From an uncultured Methanolobus sp. (GTDB taxonomy: Archaea > Halobacteriota > Methanosarcinia > Methanosarcinales > Methanosarcinaceae), in contig OY776215.1 in NCBI GenBank assembly GCA_963675495.1, positions 2,240,001 through 2,304,000 on the forward strand: 64,000 bases of DNA, read 5' to 3'. Below are positions 37,879-48,256 of the stretch, piece by piece. Positions within the stretch are counted from its first letter, which is position 1. Each line of letters begins with the position of its first letter. The position numbers and the translations under genes are program-made. Below the pieces are notes generated by a model. That model did not search any database, was not told the origin of the DNA, and worked only from the letters and a program-made list of their open reading frames with translations.

Positions 37879-39018
37879 CTATCCCTTATTTTTAATAAAA
37901 TCCGATATTGAGGATGTAACGTATTCTACATCTTTCTCTTCCATGCTAGGGTACAATGGCAATGTAATTATTCTATTAAAAACATCTTCAGTTACAGGAT
38001 AATCTTTTTCTTTAAAGTCAAAACTCTCCTGATAGTAAGTATGTCTGTAAACAGGTATGTAGTGAACATTTGTCCCAATGTTCTTTTCGGTTCGTAGGTA
38101 TTTGAAAAGATCGTCTCTGTTTATCTTATCATCAAGTAAGATTGTATAGATATGCCATCCGTGCCTGATTCCTTCTTTCACAGAAGGAAGGCTTAATAAA
38201 TCTATATCTTGAAGTAATTCCTCATAATATGAGGCTATCTCGTTCCTTCTTTCTATAAAACGGTCAATCTTTTTTAGCTGGGATATTCCTAGAGAAGCCT
38301 GAATATCTGTCATACGATAATTCCGGCCAAGCATTTTCATATCGTATGCCCACCCGGCATTTGGCCCATATCGCGACATTGCGTCCCTGTCTATTCCATG
38401 GCTATGGAGCATTCTTGTTTTTTGTGCCAGTTCCGGATCATTGGTAACTACCGCCCCGCCTTCCCCTGTAGTGATAGGTTTTACCGGATGGAAACTGAAT
38501 ACTGTGATATCTGCAAAATTACCCACTTTTTGACCATGGTAGCTCGCTCCAAAAGAGTGGCAGGCATCTTCGATTAAATAAAGGTCATTTTCATTTGCAA
38601 TGTTCTGTATTTCTTCTATGTCACAGGGATGTCCAGCGTAATCTACATAGACTATTGCCTTTGTTCTTGGTGTGATCTTCCGTTCAATGTCCTTTAGGTC
38701 AATGTTACGTGTTTCTCTGTCTATATCTGCAAAAATAGGTTTTAGTCCATTGTAAAGAAGTGCATTGCTGGTGGCCGCAAATGTGAATGGAGTGGTAATA
38801 ACCTCTGAACCTTTGGGTAGATCAAGTGATGCTACTGCAATATCAAGTGCACTGGTACCGCTGTTTACAGCTATGGCATATTTGCATCCAATGTAGTCAC
38901 AAATAGCCCTCTCAAATTCTGATACCTTTGGACCCGTCGTTAACCAATCACTTTTCAGAACCTTTACTACTTCTTCTATATCTTCGTCATCGATAGTTTG
39001 GTGTCCATAAGGAATCAT
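37879..39018 (-). CDS. pseC: UDP-4-amino-4,6-dideoxy-N-acetyl-beta-L-altrosamine transaminase
   Basis: MIPYGHQTID..SDWLTTGP, IEDACH, FSFHPVKPITTGEGG, GRNYRMTDIQA, VHYIPV. Confidence 0.92.
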   Translation of the reverse strand: MIPYGHQTIDDEDIEEVVKVLKSDWLTTGPKVSEFERAICDYIGCKYAIAVNSGTSALDIAVASLDLPKGSEVITTPFTFAATSNALLYNGLKPIFADIDRETRNIDLKDIERKITPRTKAIVYVDYAGHPCDIEEIQNIANENDLYLIEDACHSFGASYHGQKVGNFADITVFSFHPVKPITTGEGGAVVTNDPELAQKTRMLHSHGIDRDAMSRYGPNAGWAYDMKMLGRNYRMTDIQASLGISQLKKIDRFIERRNEIASYYEELLQDIDLLSLPSVKEGIRHGWHIYTILLDDKINRDDLFKYLRTEKNIGTNVHYIPVYRHTYYQESFDFKEKDYPVTEDVFNRIITLPLYPSMEEKDVEYVTSSISDFIKNKG

Positions 39019-39422
39019 AATTCAACCTCATACGGAATCGTATCTTCTTTTTCCTCGGAGTTTTTACTAAACACTATTATGCTTGCTTCATAATTTGAAA
39101 TGTTTTTTACTGCATGAGCAATATATGGTGGGATGTAGATTATTTCGTATTTAATTGATTCCGAATCTAAAATTATCTCTTCATATTCATTGGAATCCAC
39201 ATCCTTTAAACACAACTTGACTTTTCCTGTAGCCAATGCTATCCATTCTTCCTTATTTTTATGATAGTGATTGGCTCTGGTCTTCATAGGTTTGATAGAT
39301 ACCACATAGGTATGCACGCAGTTGAATGGCTCGTCTTCATAGTTCATTGATACTATCTCTGAGAGCCATCCATCCTCCCTTTCATGTTTGATCCGTGGCA
39401 GTTTGGTATATAACATAAGCAC
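39015..39422 (-). CDS. Cupin (WxcM/FdtA-like sugar isomerase domain)
   Basis: REDGWL, TRANHYHKNKEEW, YIPPYIAHAVKN. Confidence 0.82.
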   Translation of the reverse strand: MLMLYTKLPRIKHEREDGWLSEIVSMNYEDEPFNCVHTYVVSIKPMKTRANHYHKNKEEWIALATGKVKLCLKDVDSNEYEEIILDSESIKYEIIYIPPYIAHAVKNISNYEASIIVFSKNSEEKEDTIPYEVEL

Positions 39423-39423
39423 A

Positions 39424-40404
39424 TTATAACATTTGCTTTAGTTCATCAACTGTGAGCCATTTATCATTTATTTCACTTGAATATCTGTAGTTATCAGGAA
39501 GGTTCCTGCCTGAAGAAGTAGTTTCCTTTTTCCAGAATGAAAACTCAGGTTCAATTACAAAGTAGTCATCAAACTCTTTTGCATGTCTTGATTCATCCTC
39601 AGTAATCATAATTTCGTGTAGTTTTTCCCCTGGTCTGATACCGGTGAATTTTTTTGTTGCTTCAGGAGCAATTGCACCTGCTAGATCTGTTATTTTCATA
39701 CTGGCTATTTTTGGGATAAAAATTTCTCCCCCTTGCATTCTTTGTATCGAATTCAGTACAAAATTAACACCTTGATCAAGAGTTAGCCAGAAACGTGTCA
39801 TTCTGTCATCGGTAATTGTCAGAACACCTTCTTTTTTCTGTTCATTGAACAATGGTATTACACTTCCACGGCTACCGATTACATTTCCATATCTTACACA
39901 GCTAAACTTGGTTTTCCCTTTTCCAGTATAGGTGTTACCCTGAACGAACATTTTTTCAGCAACCATTTTTGTTGCTCCGTAAAGATTTACAGGATGAACG
40001 GCTTTGTCTGTGCTGATAGCCATTACATTTTCAACGGAATTATCAATGGCCGCATCAATTACATTGACAGAGCCGTCAATATTGGTCTTCACTGCTTCTA
40101 TTGGATTGTATTCGCAGGCAGGAACTTGTTTTAGTGCTGCTGCATGGACAACGATGTCTATCCCATTCATTGCACGATATAGTCTTTCCCTATCCCTTAC
40201 ATCACCAATCAGAAAACGTAATCGATCATCATTGAATCTTTGTTTCATTTTATATTGATTGTATTCTCCTCTGGAATATATTCTCAGACTTTTAGGATTG
40301 TGGTTCTTGAGAACAATTTCTGTAAATTTTTGGCCAAAAGAGCCAGTACCTCCGGTAAGGAGTATATTTTTGCCTTCTAATGCATATCCATGGGTTTGTT
40401 CCAT
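39424..40404 (-). CDS. pseB: UDP-GlcNAc 4,6-dehydratase (inverting)
   Basis: LTGGTGSFG, IGDVRD, HAAALKQVP, STDKAVHPVNLYGATK, VRYGNVIGSRGSV, RMTRF, GIRPGEKLHE. Confidence 0.94.
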   Translation of the reverse strand: MEQTHGYALEGKNILLTGGTGSFGQKFTEIVLKNHNPKSLRIYSRGEYNQYKMKQRFNDDRLRFLIGDVRDRERLYRAMNGIDIVVHAAALKQVPACEYNPIEAVKTNIDGSVNVIDAAIDNSVENVMAISTDKAVHPVNLYGATKMVAEKMFVQGNTYTGKGKTKFSCVRYGNVIGSRGSVIPLFNEQKKEGVLTITDDRMTRFWLTLDQGVNFVLNSIQRMQGGEIFIPKIASMKITDLAGAIAPEATKKFTGIRPGEKLHEIMITEDESRHAKEFDDYFVIEPEFSFWKKETTSSGRNLPDNYRYSSEINDKWLTVDELKQML

Positions 40405-40860
40405 ATTTCTCAACTATTCCTGCTATATAATGATGTGGATGTATTATCTTGTGGTTTGTAACATCAAATTTTTTATTCGGTATTTCCAATTTAATTATTT
40501 TCACTATCTGATAGTATAAAATACTGAATTGTCCATCCGTTTTTGTCTCAATTATTATTTATAACGCTGTTTGAATTATGAACGTTTAACGTGCAGAATG
40601 CATTAACAACTATGGATTGACTACCACATTGATTGAAATGTTTTCGTAACCATACTATAAGATATTCATTGTTATATATTTTATTATAAAAACCAATAAA
40701 AATATATCTAATCGTTACATCTTGGTGTAATATTGTATAATTGGAACTACATCTTAAAGGTCCACAATTATGTCATGTTCTATACTTAAATATCGAACCT
40801 GTCTATTGTGTGCTAATCAAATTAGTTTACGTTATTATTTTGTTTTTCCAGAATAAAGTG

Positions 40861-42048
40861 ATGATAATGGTAAGAAAGGGTTTGTTTTTTATATCAGATT
40901 ATAGGGATGTGACTTGTAAGCCTGGAAGAGATCCAGCTTATTGGATATTGAAATCACTTGATAAAAACGAAAACTTTGATGTTTATAGCACGGCTAACAA
41001 TATTATTAATAATAAATGCTTTGACAATATTTCATTTTCCAGTATCGCCTACAAAGGGACAGTTAATATTCAGGTACCTACTTACAATTGGGGTCTCTAT
41101 AAAAGCTTCAAAAAAGTTCAGGACAAAATTGATATTATTCATCACTGTGAAAAATTTCAGGTTGGTAAAGGCTATAATTTCATCCCCCTCATTTCTGATA
41201 TGCGTGACAAGAATTTTATTATAGGCCCAATAGAAGTCCCCCATGAACTTTTCAAAGATGATTTTTTAGGAAACAGTCAAAGTTCTGAACGTTTAATTAA
41301 ATCCCTTGTTTATCATAGCAGAAGCAGTATGGCTCTTCCTTTCAAGATATTATTTGATAAGACAGTTGAACATGCAGATAAATTTGTAGTACCAAACGAA
41401 TCCACCAAGTTTGAACTTGCCCGATATGTTAGCAAAAAATCTATTGAAGTCATTAATTTTGGTGTAGATCTTTCTCTTTACAAAAAATATGAATATCGTA
41501 ATGATGATAACAATCACAATATTATTTACGCCGGAGAAGCATCAGAAAGAAAGGGTGTTATGTATTTAATAAAAGCTCTTCCTCTAATTAAAAGAAATTA
41601 CCCAGATGTTACTTTACATTTAAGATCAGATGGGCTAAAGCTTGATGAATTTAAACAAAAAGTTGTGGAATTAGGAATACAGGATAGTGTTGTCTTCCAT
41701 GACAAATTGGATAAAGAGAATTATTTGGATTTAATTTCAAATTGTAGAGTTGTTTGTCTACCTACATTATCTGACAGTTATTGTTACATTGCTTTAGATG
41801 CATTATGTTTGGGTGTTCCTGTAGTTGCAACGACTGAATGCAAATGCGATGATTTGTTTGAGAATGGTGAGATTGGTATAAGGGTCGAACCAAAAGATTC
41901 CGAACAGTTGGCTGATGCAATACTAAATTTGTTTGGTGATTCTGAATTATGTCAGCTGTTCAGTGAAAACGGACTGAAAAAAAGGGACAAATTTGATTTT
42001 AAAAACATAGTTCCTAAATATTTGGATATTTATGAGCAATATATTTGA
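40861..42048 (+). CDS. GT4 glycosyltransferase
   Basis: GVD, YAGEASERKGV, LPTLSDSY...ALDALCLGVPVV, G..VEPKDSEQLADAI; start placed at 40861/40867. Confidence 0.85.
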   Translation: MIMVRKGLFFISDYRDVTCKPGRDPAYWILKSLDKNENFDVYSTANNIINNKCFDNISFSSIAYKGTVNIQVPTYNWGLYKSFKKVQDKIDIIHHCEKFQVGKGYNFIPLISDMRDKNFIIGPIEVPHELFKDDFLGNSQSSERLIKSLVYHSRSSMALPFKILFDKTVEHADKFVVPNESTKFELARYVSKKSIEVINFGVDLSLYKKYEYRNDDNNHNIIYAGEASERKGVMYLIKALPLIKRNYPDVTLHLRSDGLKLDEFKQKVVELGIQDSVVFHDKLDKENYLDLISNCRVVCLPTLSDSYCYIALDALCLGVPVVATTECKCDDLFENGEIGIRVEPKDSEQLADAILNLFGDSELCQLFSENGLKKRDKFDFKNIVPKYLDIYEQYI

Positions 42049-42060
42049 TGATGAGGTTTA

Positions 42061-43179
42061 TTGATGACACATGTATGCTTTATTGGTTCAGATCTCTGTC
42101 CACCATGGAATGAAGGGAGAAAGGTAGTATCAAGAAATATCATTCACTCATTAAAAGAAAACACAGATCTAGAAATCTCTGTAATTTCAGATTCTGGTAA
42201 AGATACAGATAGGATAGAAGGTATTAATTACGTTGAATCCACAAAGTTGACAACTCGTCTAAAAGGGTATGATCCTCTTTTATATCTGGATGTTGTAAGA
42301 GCGATTCATTCAGTTAACAAAAAAAATAAGATAGATGTTCTTCATTTACTTTACACTAATTTTTATACATCTTCACTTTATGGAAAATTAAACCGAATGA
42401 AAATTGTCGGGCAGTATTTTGGTAATCCTCATTTTAATTTGTTTGCTAAATATCGTGCACCAAAATTTGTAGATACCTATTTAAGTACGTCTATGGAAAG
42501 ATATTGGTTTAATGATCTAGGTATTAATAATCATCAATGCTTAAATCCTCCAATAGATACTTCTGTATATAAAAAAAGAGATAAGAGCGAGGCTCGAAGA
42601 TATTTTGATTTACCTGAGGATAAATTCATTCTTCTTTATATTGGGAATTTGGGAGCAGCTAGATTTTCTTCAGATTTCCTAAAAAGTAGTTCTTTTTTAA
42701 AGAAATCTGATAATTTAATGGTCGTGTATGGTAATTATGTCGATGGATATTGGGAGAATAACAGCTTACTCGCCGATTCAAATATTATTTTCAGGAAGCA
42801 AGTTTTGAATGAACATCAAAAATCTATGCTATATAGTGCAGCAGATGCTTTCATATTACCTTTTGCAAAAAGTGCTGCTGACTATAAAAGGGTATTCGTT
42901 ATTGATCCCCCTCTAACAATGCTGGAAGCTATGGCTTGTGAAACTCCTGTAATTGTTCCTGATATTTTTTCAATTCCCTATATAATTAAAGATTCTTCTA
43001 ATGGTTACCTGACAAAATTAGGGGATTTTAGTTCAGTTGACAATATATTAGTTGATATTTCTGAGAAAAAGAATTTGTATATAGGTCAAAATGCAAGAAG
43101 TACAATATTAGATGGTTTTTCTTTTACTGAAACAGCTTCAAAACTAACGGGAATATACAGAGATGTTTTACATGAATAA
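42061..43179 (+). CDS. GT4 glycosyltransferase
   Basis: PPWNEG, PPIDT, LYIGN, ADAFILPF, PLTMLEAMACETPV. Confidence 0.85.
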   Translation: MMTHVCFIGSDLCPPWNEGRKVVSRNIIHSLKENTDLEISVISDSGKDTDRIEGINYVESTKLTTRLKGYDPLLYLDVVRAIHSVNKKNKIDVLHLLYTNFYTSSLYGKLNRMKIVGQYFGNPHFNLFAKYRAPKFVDTYLSTSMERYWFNDLGINNHQCLNPPIDTSVYKKRDKSEARRYFDLPEDKFILLYIGNLGAARFSSDFLKSSSFLKKSDNLMVVYGNYVDGYWENNSLLADSNIIFRKQVLNEHQKSMLYSAADAFILPFAKSAADYKRVFVIDPPLTMLEAMACETPVIVPDIFSIPYIIKDSSNGYLTKLGDFSSVDNILVDISEKKNLYIGQNARSTILDGFSFTETASKLTGIYRDVLHE

Positions 43180-44836
43180 ATCAAATTTAGCTATATCTGA
43201 ACTCAAAATAATAGCTCTTCTTACTGATAGTTCAGATGATATTGAGTTGCCGGATGTTCTCCCTGTTAATTTTATAGTGGAAAACAAACTTTGCCTATTT
43301 TTGTATCAAAATTATAGAGATGTGTTTGAAAGAAAATATGATAATGAGGAATTAGCTTCTATTTGGCGTAAAGCTGAAAATATGCATTATACTCTTGATG
43401 AATTAAAAGCAGTTTCCTCCAAATTCGAAGAACATTCAATTGATTATCTTTATCTTTTTAAAGCGATAGAATCACAATGTGATAGCACTGATGTTGATAT
43501 TGTAATTGGAAATGGTGATTTTGATAAAACTTGTGCAGCACTTGAAGAAATAGGCTATTTCAGACCGCTTTATCCTTATGAAGATGATCATTTTGTTAGA
43601 TCCGAAAAGGGATATGTTGCTCAGTTAGATATTCGAACTGAAAAAGACAATATTCTTAGCCATTATCTTTTCGATGAAAAAAATAAAGATCAATTTTTGA
43701 ATCGAAGGCGAGTAAATGGCTTATATGTTCCTTCAGTTGAAGATGAGTTGATAACGTGTGTAAATCGTACGCTTGATAAAAAAGAGATTCCTCTATTGAC
43801 ATTGGTTCATATTGCTAAATTAATGGAAAGCTGCATAAGTGTAAGTGCTGTAACTACTCGAGTTTCAAAACATTGGGTATCTCCATTTTTGCAAACCTTG
43901 TTCATTATGAATAAAATCCACCAACAGATTTTTGGTATTGAGATTAATTCACCGTTAGTGCATGTTGCAAAAAAAACCTATAATGAGTCAAAAATATTAA
44001 AAATATTATTTGGTCGCGATGGTTACAAAATTAATTTTCCCTTTAAGGTAAAATCGTTTTATCATTACTGGTCCATCAGCATTTATATTAACGACTTGAA
44101 AAGCGGAAAGATGACAGATGTTTTACGTCGTTTATTCTCTATTCTATTACTAGGTAGGAATTACTTAAGACTTATATCCTGTGCAAGAAAAAAATCTCTC
44201 ATGATTTCTTTTTCAGGAATAGATGGTACAGGGAAATCCTCAAACTCTGAAAAGATGCTAAAAAGATTTAAAGATATGAGAATTCCATCTGGAAAAGCTT
44301 TGGGTCTTTGGTCTCCTAAAATATCTTATCCTTTAATGGGTTTTTTGTTCGTAACAATAGGTTGGAGGAGGAAAGATTACCGTAAAAGTACTATTCTGCG
44401 TAAATACTGGAATTACATTGTTATCCTTGATTACATATACATTTATATGAGAAGGGTGTGGCCACAGCGTTTAATTGGAAAAACTGTTTTTATGGATAAA
44501 TATACTTTTGATTTGATTACAATGCTTATTCATGACGGGTTATACTCTGAAAAGCCTTCTAATCTATTAATAAAAGCAGTTCCAAAACCTGATATCACGT
44601 TCATATTTGATATCCCTGAAGATGTTTCAACGGAAAGGAAAGATGATACTCAGGAATGGCTTGATAAACTTAGAATAGATCAAGATTTAATGGAATTCCT
44701 CAAGATAAAACGTGAAGGTTACATCAAAATAGCTAATTCATTGGATTTGCCCCTTATAGATTCGACTAGGGATTTTGATGAGGTCCATGAAGAGCTTTTT
44801 CAGCAGGTATTGGTCAGATATAGATTAGAGAATTAA
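43163..44836 (+). CDS. Fusion of a nucleotidyltransferase-like domain and a thymidylate-kinase-like P-loop domain
   Basis: N-part STDVDIVI...LEEIGY...QLDI...VPSVEDEL; C-part ISFSGIDGTGKSS, FMDKYTFD, PKPDITFIFDIP..STERK. Confidence 0.75.
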   Translation: MFYMNKSNLAISELKIIALLTDSSDDIELPDVLPVNFIVENKLCLFLYQNYRDVFERKYDNEELASIWRKAENMHYTLDELKAVSSKFEEHSIDYLYLFKAIESQCDSTDVDIVIGNGDFDKTCAALEEIGYFRPLYPYEDDHFVRSEKGYVAQLDIRTEKDNILSHYLFDEKNKDQFLNRRRVNGLYVPSVEDELITCVNRTLDKKEIPLLTLVHIAKLMESCISVSAVTTRVSKHWVSPFLQTLFIMNKIHQQIFGIEINSPLVHVAKKTYNESKILKILFGRDGYKINFPFKVKSFYHYWSISIYINDLKSGKMTDVLRRLFSILLLGRNYLRLISCARKKSLMISFSGIDGTGKSSNSEKMLKRFKDMRIPSGKALGLWSPKISYPLMGFLFVTIGWRRKDYRKSTILRKYWNYIVILDYIYIYMRRVWPQRLIGKTVFMDKYTFDLITMLIHDGLYSEKPSNLLIKAVPKPDITFIFDIPEDVSTERKDDTQEWLDKLRIDQDLMEFLKIKREGYIKIANSLDLPLIDSTRDFDEVHEELFQQVLVRYRLEN

Positions 44837-44845
44837 GATGTGAAT

Positions 44846-46411
44846 TTATTGTTGATATAATTTCATAACAATATTTTTCACATTCTTTCCTTTTGTTCCA
44901 AACAGGTTAATGATAGAGTCGATAACTAAAATGTCTTCATTTTCAAATGGTTTTACTGCCAATAAGGAAACTATATAGAAGACACAAAAGATTAGCATAA
45001 TTGCTATCAAATGGAATATGGAATCCATTTCTACATAGTTTGCTACCATGTAAGATGGTATTAAAGGAATAGATGCTGCAAAAAAAAGTTTTTTGTATCT
45101 AGATATGTTAAATGATATTTTCCCTATCCTTCGAGCAAATTCTAAATTGAGTATACTTATTGTTGCCAATGAAATGCCAGTTGCAATTGCTGCTCCATTA
45201 ATTCCATATTCTGGTATTAAAAGATAGTTTAAAATCAAGTTCATTATTGCACCAAATATGCTACAGTTCATAATTATTTTAGTCCTTCCAAACGCAGTGA
45301 TGACTGAGGTAGTGGGTCCTACCAATGCAGTAATAAATATGCAAAAAGCAAGAATACTCATTGCAGTTGCTCCATACCTATACATTTCTCCAAATAGGAT
45401 TGTCAGTATTTGATTTGAGAAAATAACCATAAATAAAAATCCAGGAAATACAAGTAAAAAAATCCACTTGGTAACGGTAAAATATATTTGTTTCATATCT
45501 CCAAGCTTATTTTTTGCATATAATCCTACAATAACGGGCCCAAAAATATTTCCAAGGGGCCCAATAGGTATCCCTAACATTTTTGATGTTGGCAGTGCTG
45601 CATTATATATTCCAACTTCAAAAGCATTAGAAAAGTATCCAAGCATAAAAGTGTCCGACCAGGTAGTAACCATGTCCGTGACTCCTACAAAAATCAAAGG
45701 TACTGAAAATACTAAAAGTTCCCTATACATTGTAATATTTTTGTCTTTCCATTTCAACAGAGAATGGACTTTTGTTTCCAGAAAATAATATGAAAGTATT
45801 GACATTCCTATAATTGCAAGTACCCATCCAGAAGCAGCTCCTATCATTCCTTTTCCTAAAATAAGGAAAGCAACTATTGCTATTAACTTAAAAGAGTCCT
45901 TAAAAATATACATTGAATATATGTGGTATTGCATTTTTTGAAAACCAATTGATACTGAATTAAAAATGACTGTAAGTGTCCAGAAAGGGATTGCAATTGC
46001 AAAAATGGTTAAAATTGGTTGCATCTCAGCTTCTTGAAAAAGACGATTTGAAATCCATTCTGCATTATAAATGATGGCGGTTGTAAATAAAAAACTTAAA
46101 GGAATGCAGATTTTCAATGAAGATATAATTGTTCCATGAATTTTGTTTTCATCATTTTTGCCTACATAATAAGGGATAAATCTTTTAATCCCGCTATTTA
46201 GGCCCATTAATGAAAATGTTGCTCCTACCATCATTATAGCAAAACCCATTGAAATGAGCCCATACTCTTCGGGTCCAAGATACCTTGCTATGATCATTCT
46301 TGATAAATAACCAATTGCAGTACCTAGCATTGCACCTATAAGGCCTATGCTTGACCCTTTTGCTATGATTTTTATTGAGTCGCTTAAATCATTATTTTCT
46401 TTTTTCTGCAT
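44846..46411 (-). CDS. MOP/Wzx-type flippase (AglR-like)
   Basis: IARYLGPEEYG, DTFMLGYF..EVGIYNAA, LNYLLIPEYGINGAAIAT; many TM helices. Confidence 0.92.
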   Translation of the reverse strand: MQKKENNDLSDSIKIIAKGSSIGLIGAMLGTAIGYLSRMIIARYLGPEEYGLISMGFAIMMVGATFSLMGLNSGIKRFIPYYVGKNDENKIHGTIISSLKICIPLSFLFTTAIIYNAEWISNRLFQEAEMQPILTIFAIAIPFWTLTVIFNSVSIGFQKMQYHIYSMYIFKDSFKLIAIVAFLILGKGMIGAASGWVLAIIGMSILSYYFLETKVHSLLKWKDKNITMYRELLVFSVPLIFVGVTDMVTTWSDTFMLGYFSNAFEVGIYNAALPTSKMLGIPIGPLGNIFGPVIVGLYAKNKLGDMKQIYFTVTKWIFLLVFPGFLFMVIFSNQILTILFGEMYRYGATAMSILAFCIFITALVGPTTSVITAFGRTKIIMNCSIFGAIMNLILNYLLIPEYGINGAAIATGISLATISILNLEFARRIGKISFNISRYKKLFFAASIPLIPSYMVANYVEMDSIFHLIAIMLIFCVFYIVSLLAVKPFENEDILVIDSIINLFGTKGKNVKNIVMKLYQQ

Positions 46412-46769
46412 TATTGAGTCTCTGGCACTATAGAAAAACGAATTCCTATTTTAATTTTCACATAATATCTTAATAATGATACGTATCAATTTTTATCAAA
46501 GTAATCTATTTAAGGACATTGATAAACATAGGATTTTCACAGATATATATTTGTGTTTCATATTTTTACTATTTAAGCGGAATTTTAATTTTAATTTCAA
46601 TTTCTTTATATCTGAAGTTTGACGGATTTTACTCATTGTTGGCGGAAATATATTCAAGTTCGGCATAAAAAATTTAGATTCTATCAAAAAATGCAACATA
46701 TAGTTAAAATAAAACAGTACATTTTCATCCAAATCACTAAAAAAAGCGTATTGGAGTTGACAATTACCG

Positions 46770-47009
46770 TCAATTTCAGTATCGTTTTCAATATGCATTC
46801 TTCTGGCTATCTTTTTAGTATTCTTCATGTAGTTATAGGCGAAACATAAACATTTAACATGTTTCCCCATCTACAATTAGTTATTAGAACAAAGAGAATA
46901 TCATTGATGACCTTACGGCCAGCAGTTATCTTTCGTCATTTTATTGGCTTTGGTGGAAAAAACGTTTAACCTACTTCCAGTGTTAATCAGGGAATTCTCT
47001 GAACTCCAT
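46770..47009 (-). pseudogene. Decayed IS5-family transposase N-terminal fragment
   Basis: Manual translation with stops and a frameshift: MEFREFPD*HWK*VKRF / PPKPIK*RKITAGRKVINDILFVLITNCRWGNMLNVYVSPITT*RILKR*PEECIL matches the IS5 (IS427-type) N-terminal pattern ELTD.QW..I..LLPP...GR....R.VINGILYVL.TGCRW..P..YG...T..RRL.RW. Confidence 0.75.
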
Positions 47010-47407
47010 TCAAACCCAATATATCATTATTGTATGCTGTACTTTTGAAATGAGTTCAATTATAGGTATGAATGTCTGGTTTTCCTGAATAAGGTAGTGC
47101 TGGACCAACAAATATTAAGTACTGTTATACAAAAAATAATAATTGTCTTCATGCTTTCTTGTAGTAAATAATAGCTAGGTTCTTGTCCCTTTAAATGATT
47201 GTATTTAAATAATATAAAAAATAGGTTTTTACAGCCGAAATTGAGGTTATTACGTAAAATTGGAAGTTAGGTAGAATTCAATTATTTAGTGTCCATTCTT
47301 ATTCTTGGATTAAATATATTTACAGACCGTTTACTCAATTTTTAAGTACTATTAACTCAATCATATCAAAAAATCAACCACCCCATCTACTTCTACAACG
47401 TGATCGT

Positions 47408-48256
47408 ATGTCATACAAAATTATCGAAAAAGAGGAACTAGCTCCTAATGTGCACCAGATGAAAATTCTGGCACTTGATGTTGCTAAAGCTGCAAAGGCA
47501 GGTCAGTTCATTATACTACGTATTGATGAGACCAGTGAAAGAATACCACTAACAATTGCTGATTTTGATGCAACTGAAGGTACAATCACAATAATCTTCC
47601 AGGAAATGGGCAAGACTACAAAAAAGCTTGCAAAGCTGACAACTTCAGATGAACTTCAGGATTTTGTTGGTCCTCTTGGAACACCTGCTGATGTGAGGGA
47701 ACTCGGCACAGTTATCCTTGTAGGCGGTGGAATCGGTATAGCTCCTATATATCCACAGGCTAAGGCATACCGCAAGGCTGGTAACAAAGTAATATCCGTG
47801 ATCGGTGCGAGGAATGAAACCCTCCTTATCTTCGAAGACGAGATGAAGGCCGAAAGCGATGAGCTCCATGTTGCAACAGATGATGGTTCTAAAGGTCACC
47901 ACGGCTTTGTGACCGACGTTGTAAAGAATATTCTTGACAGCGGTGAAAAGGTCGCAAGGGTAGTTGTCATAGGCCCTCCAATTCTCATGCGTGTGGCAGC
48001 AGGTATGCTGGAGCCTTATGGTGTGGAAACACTTGTAAGCCTTAATCCTATAATGATTGATGGTACGGGTATGTGCGGTGGATGCAGGGTTTCTGTGGGC
48101 GGCGAGACAAAGTTCGCTTGCGTGGATGGTCCTGAATTTGATGCGCATAAAGTAGATTTCAATCTTTTGATGAGCCGACTTGCTCTTTACAAGGATGAAG
48201 AAGCAAAGTGTCTTGATAATCATAACCACAAATGCACCTGCAGGGGCGAGAACTAA
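47408..48256 (+). CDS. nfnA: NfnA/SudB-type FAD/NAD(P)-binding 2Fe-2S subunit (ferredoxin:NADP oxidoreductase)
   Basis: AGQFIILR, ERIPLTI, VGPLG, GGGIGIAP, TDDGS, MIDGTGMCGGCR, CVDGPEF. Confidence 0.88.
   Translation: MSYKIIEKEELAPNVHQMKILALDVAKAAKAGQFIILRIDETSERIPLTIADFDATEGTITIIFQEMGKTTKKLAKLTTSDELQDFVGPLGTPADVRELGTVILVGGGIGIAPIYPQAKAYRKAGNKVISVIGARNETLLIFEDEMKAESDELHVATDDGSKGHHGFVTDVVKNILDSGEKVARVVVIGPPILMRVAAGMLEPYGVETLVSLNPIMIDGTGMCGGCRVSVGGETKFACVDGPEFDAHKVDFNLLMSRLALYKDEEAKCLDNHNHKCTCRGEN

Noticed and set aside
37866-37881. Amber read-through fusion of pseC into pseF
   Set aside because: pseF ATG is out of frame with the pseC TAG; the TAG stops at 3653 and 14039 also lead only to short non-coding extensions
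40292-40860. ORF 40292..40504 and the N-terminal extension of the GT4 from 40741
   Set aside because: AT-rich divergent promoter region, no SD or motifs; likely spurious frames
46496-46870. 124-aa ORF from the track
   Set aside because: Overlaps the decayed IS5 fragment in another frame, has low-complexity AT-driven composition and no recognisable motif
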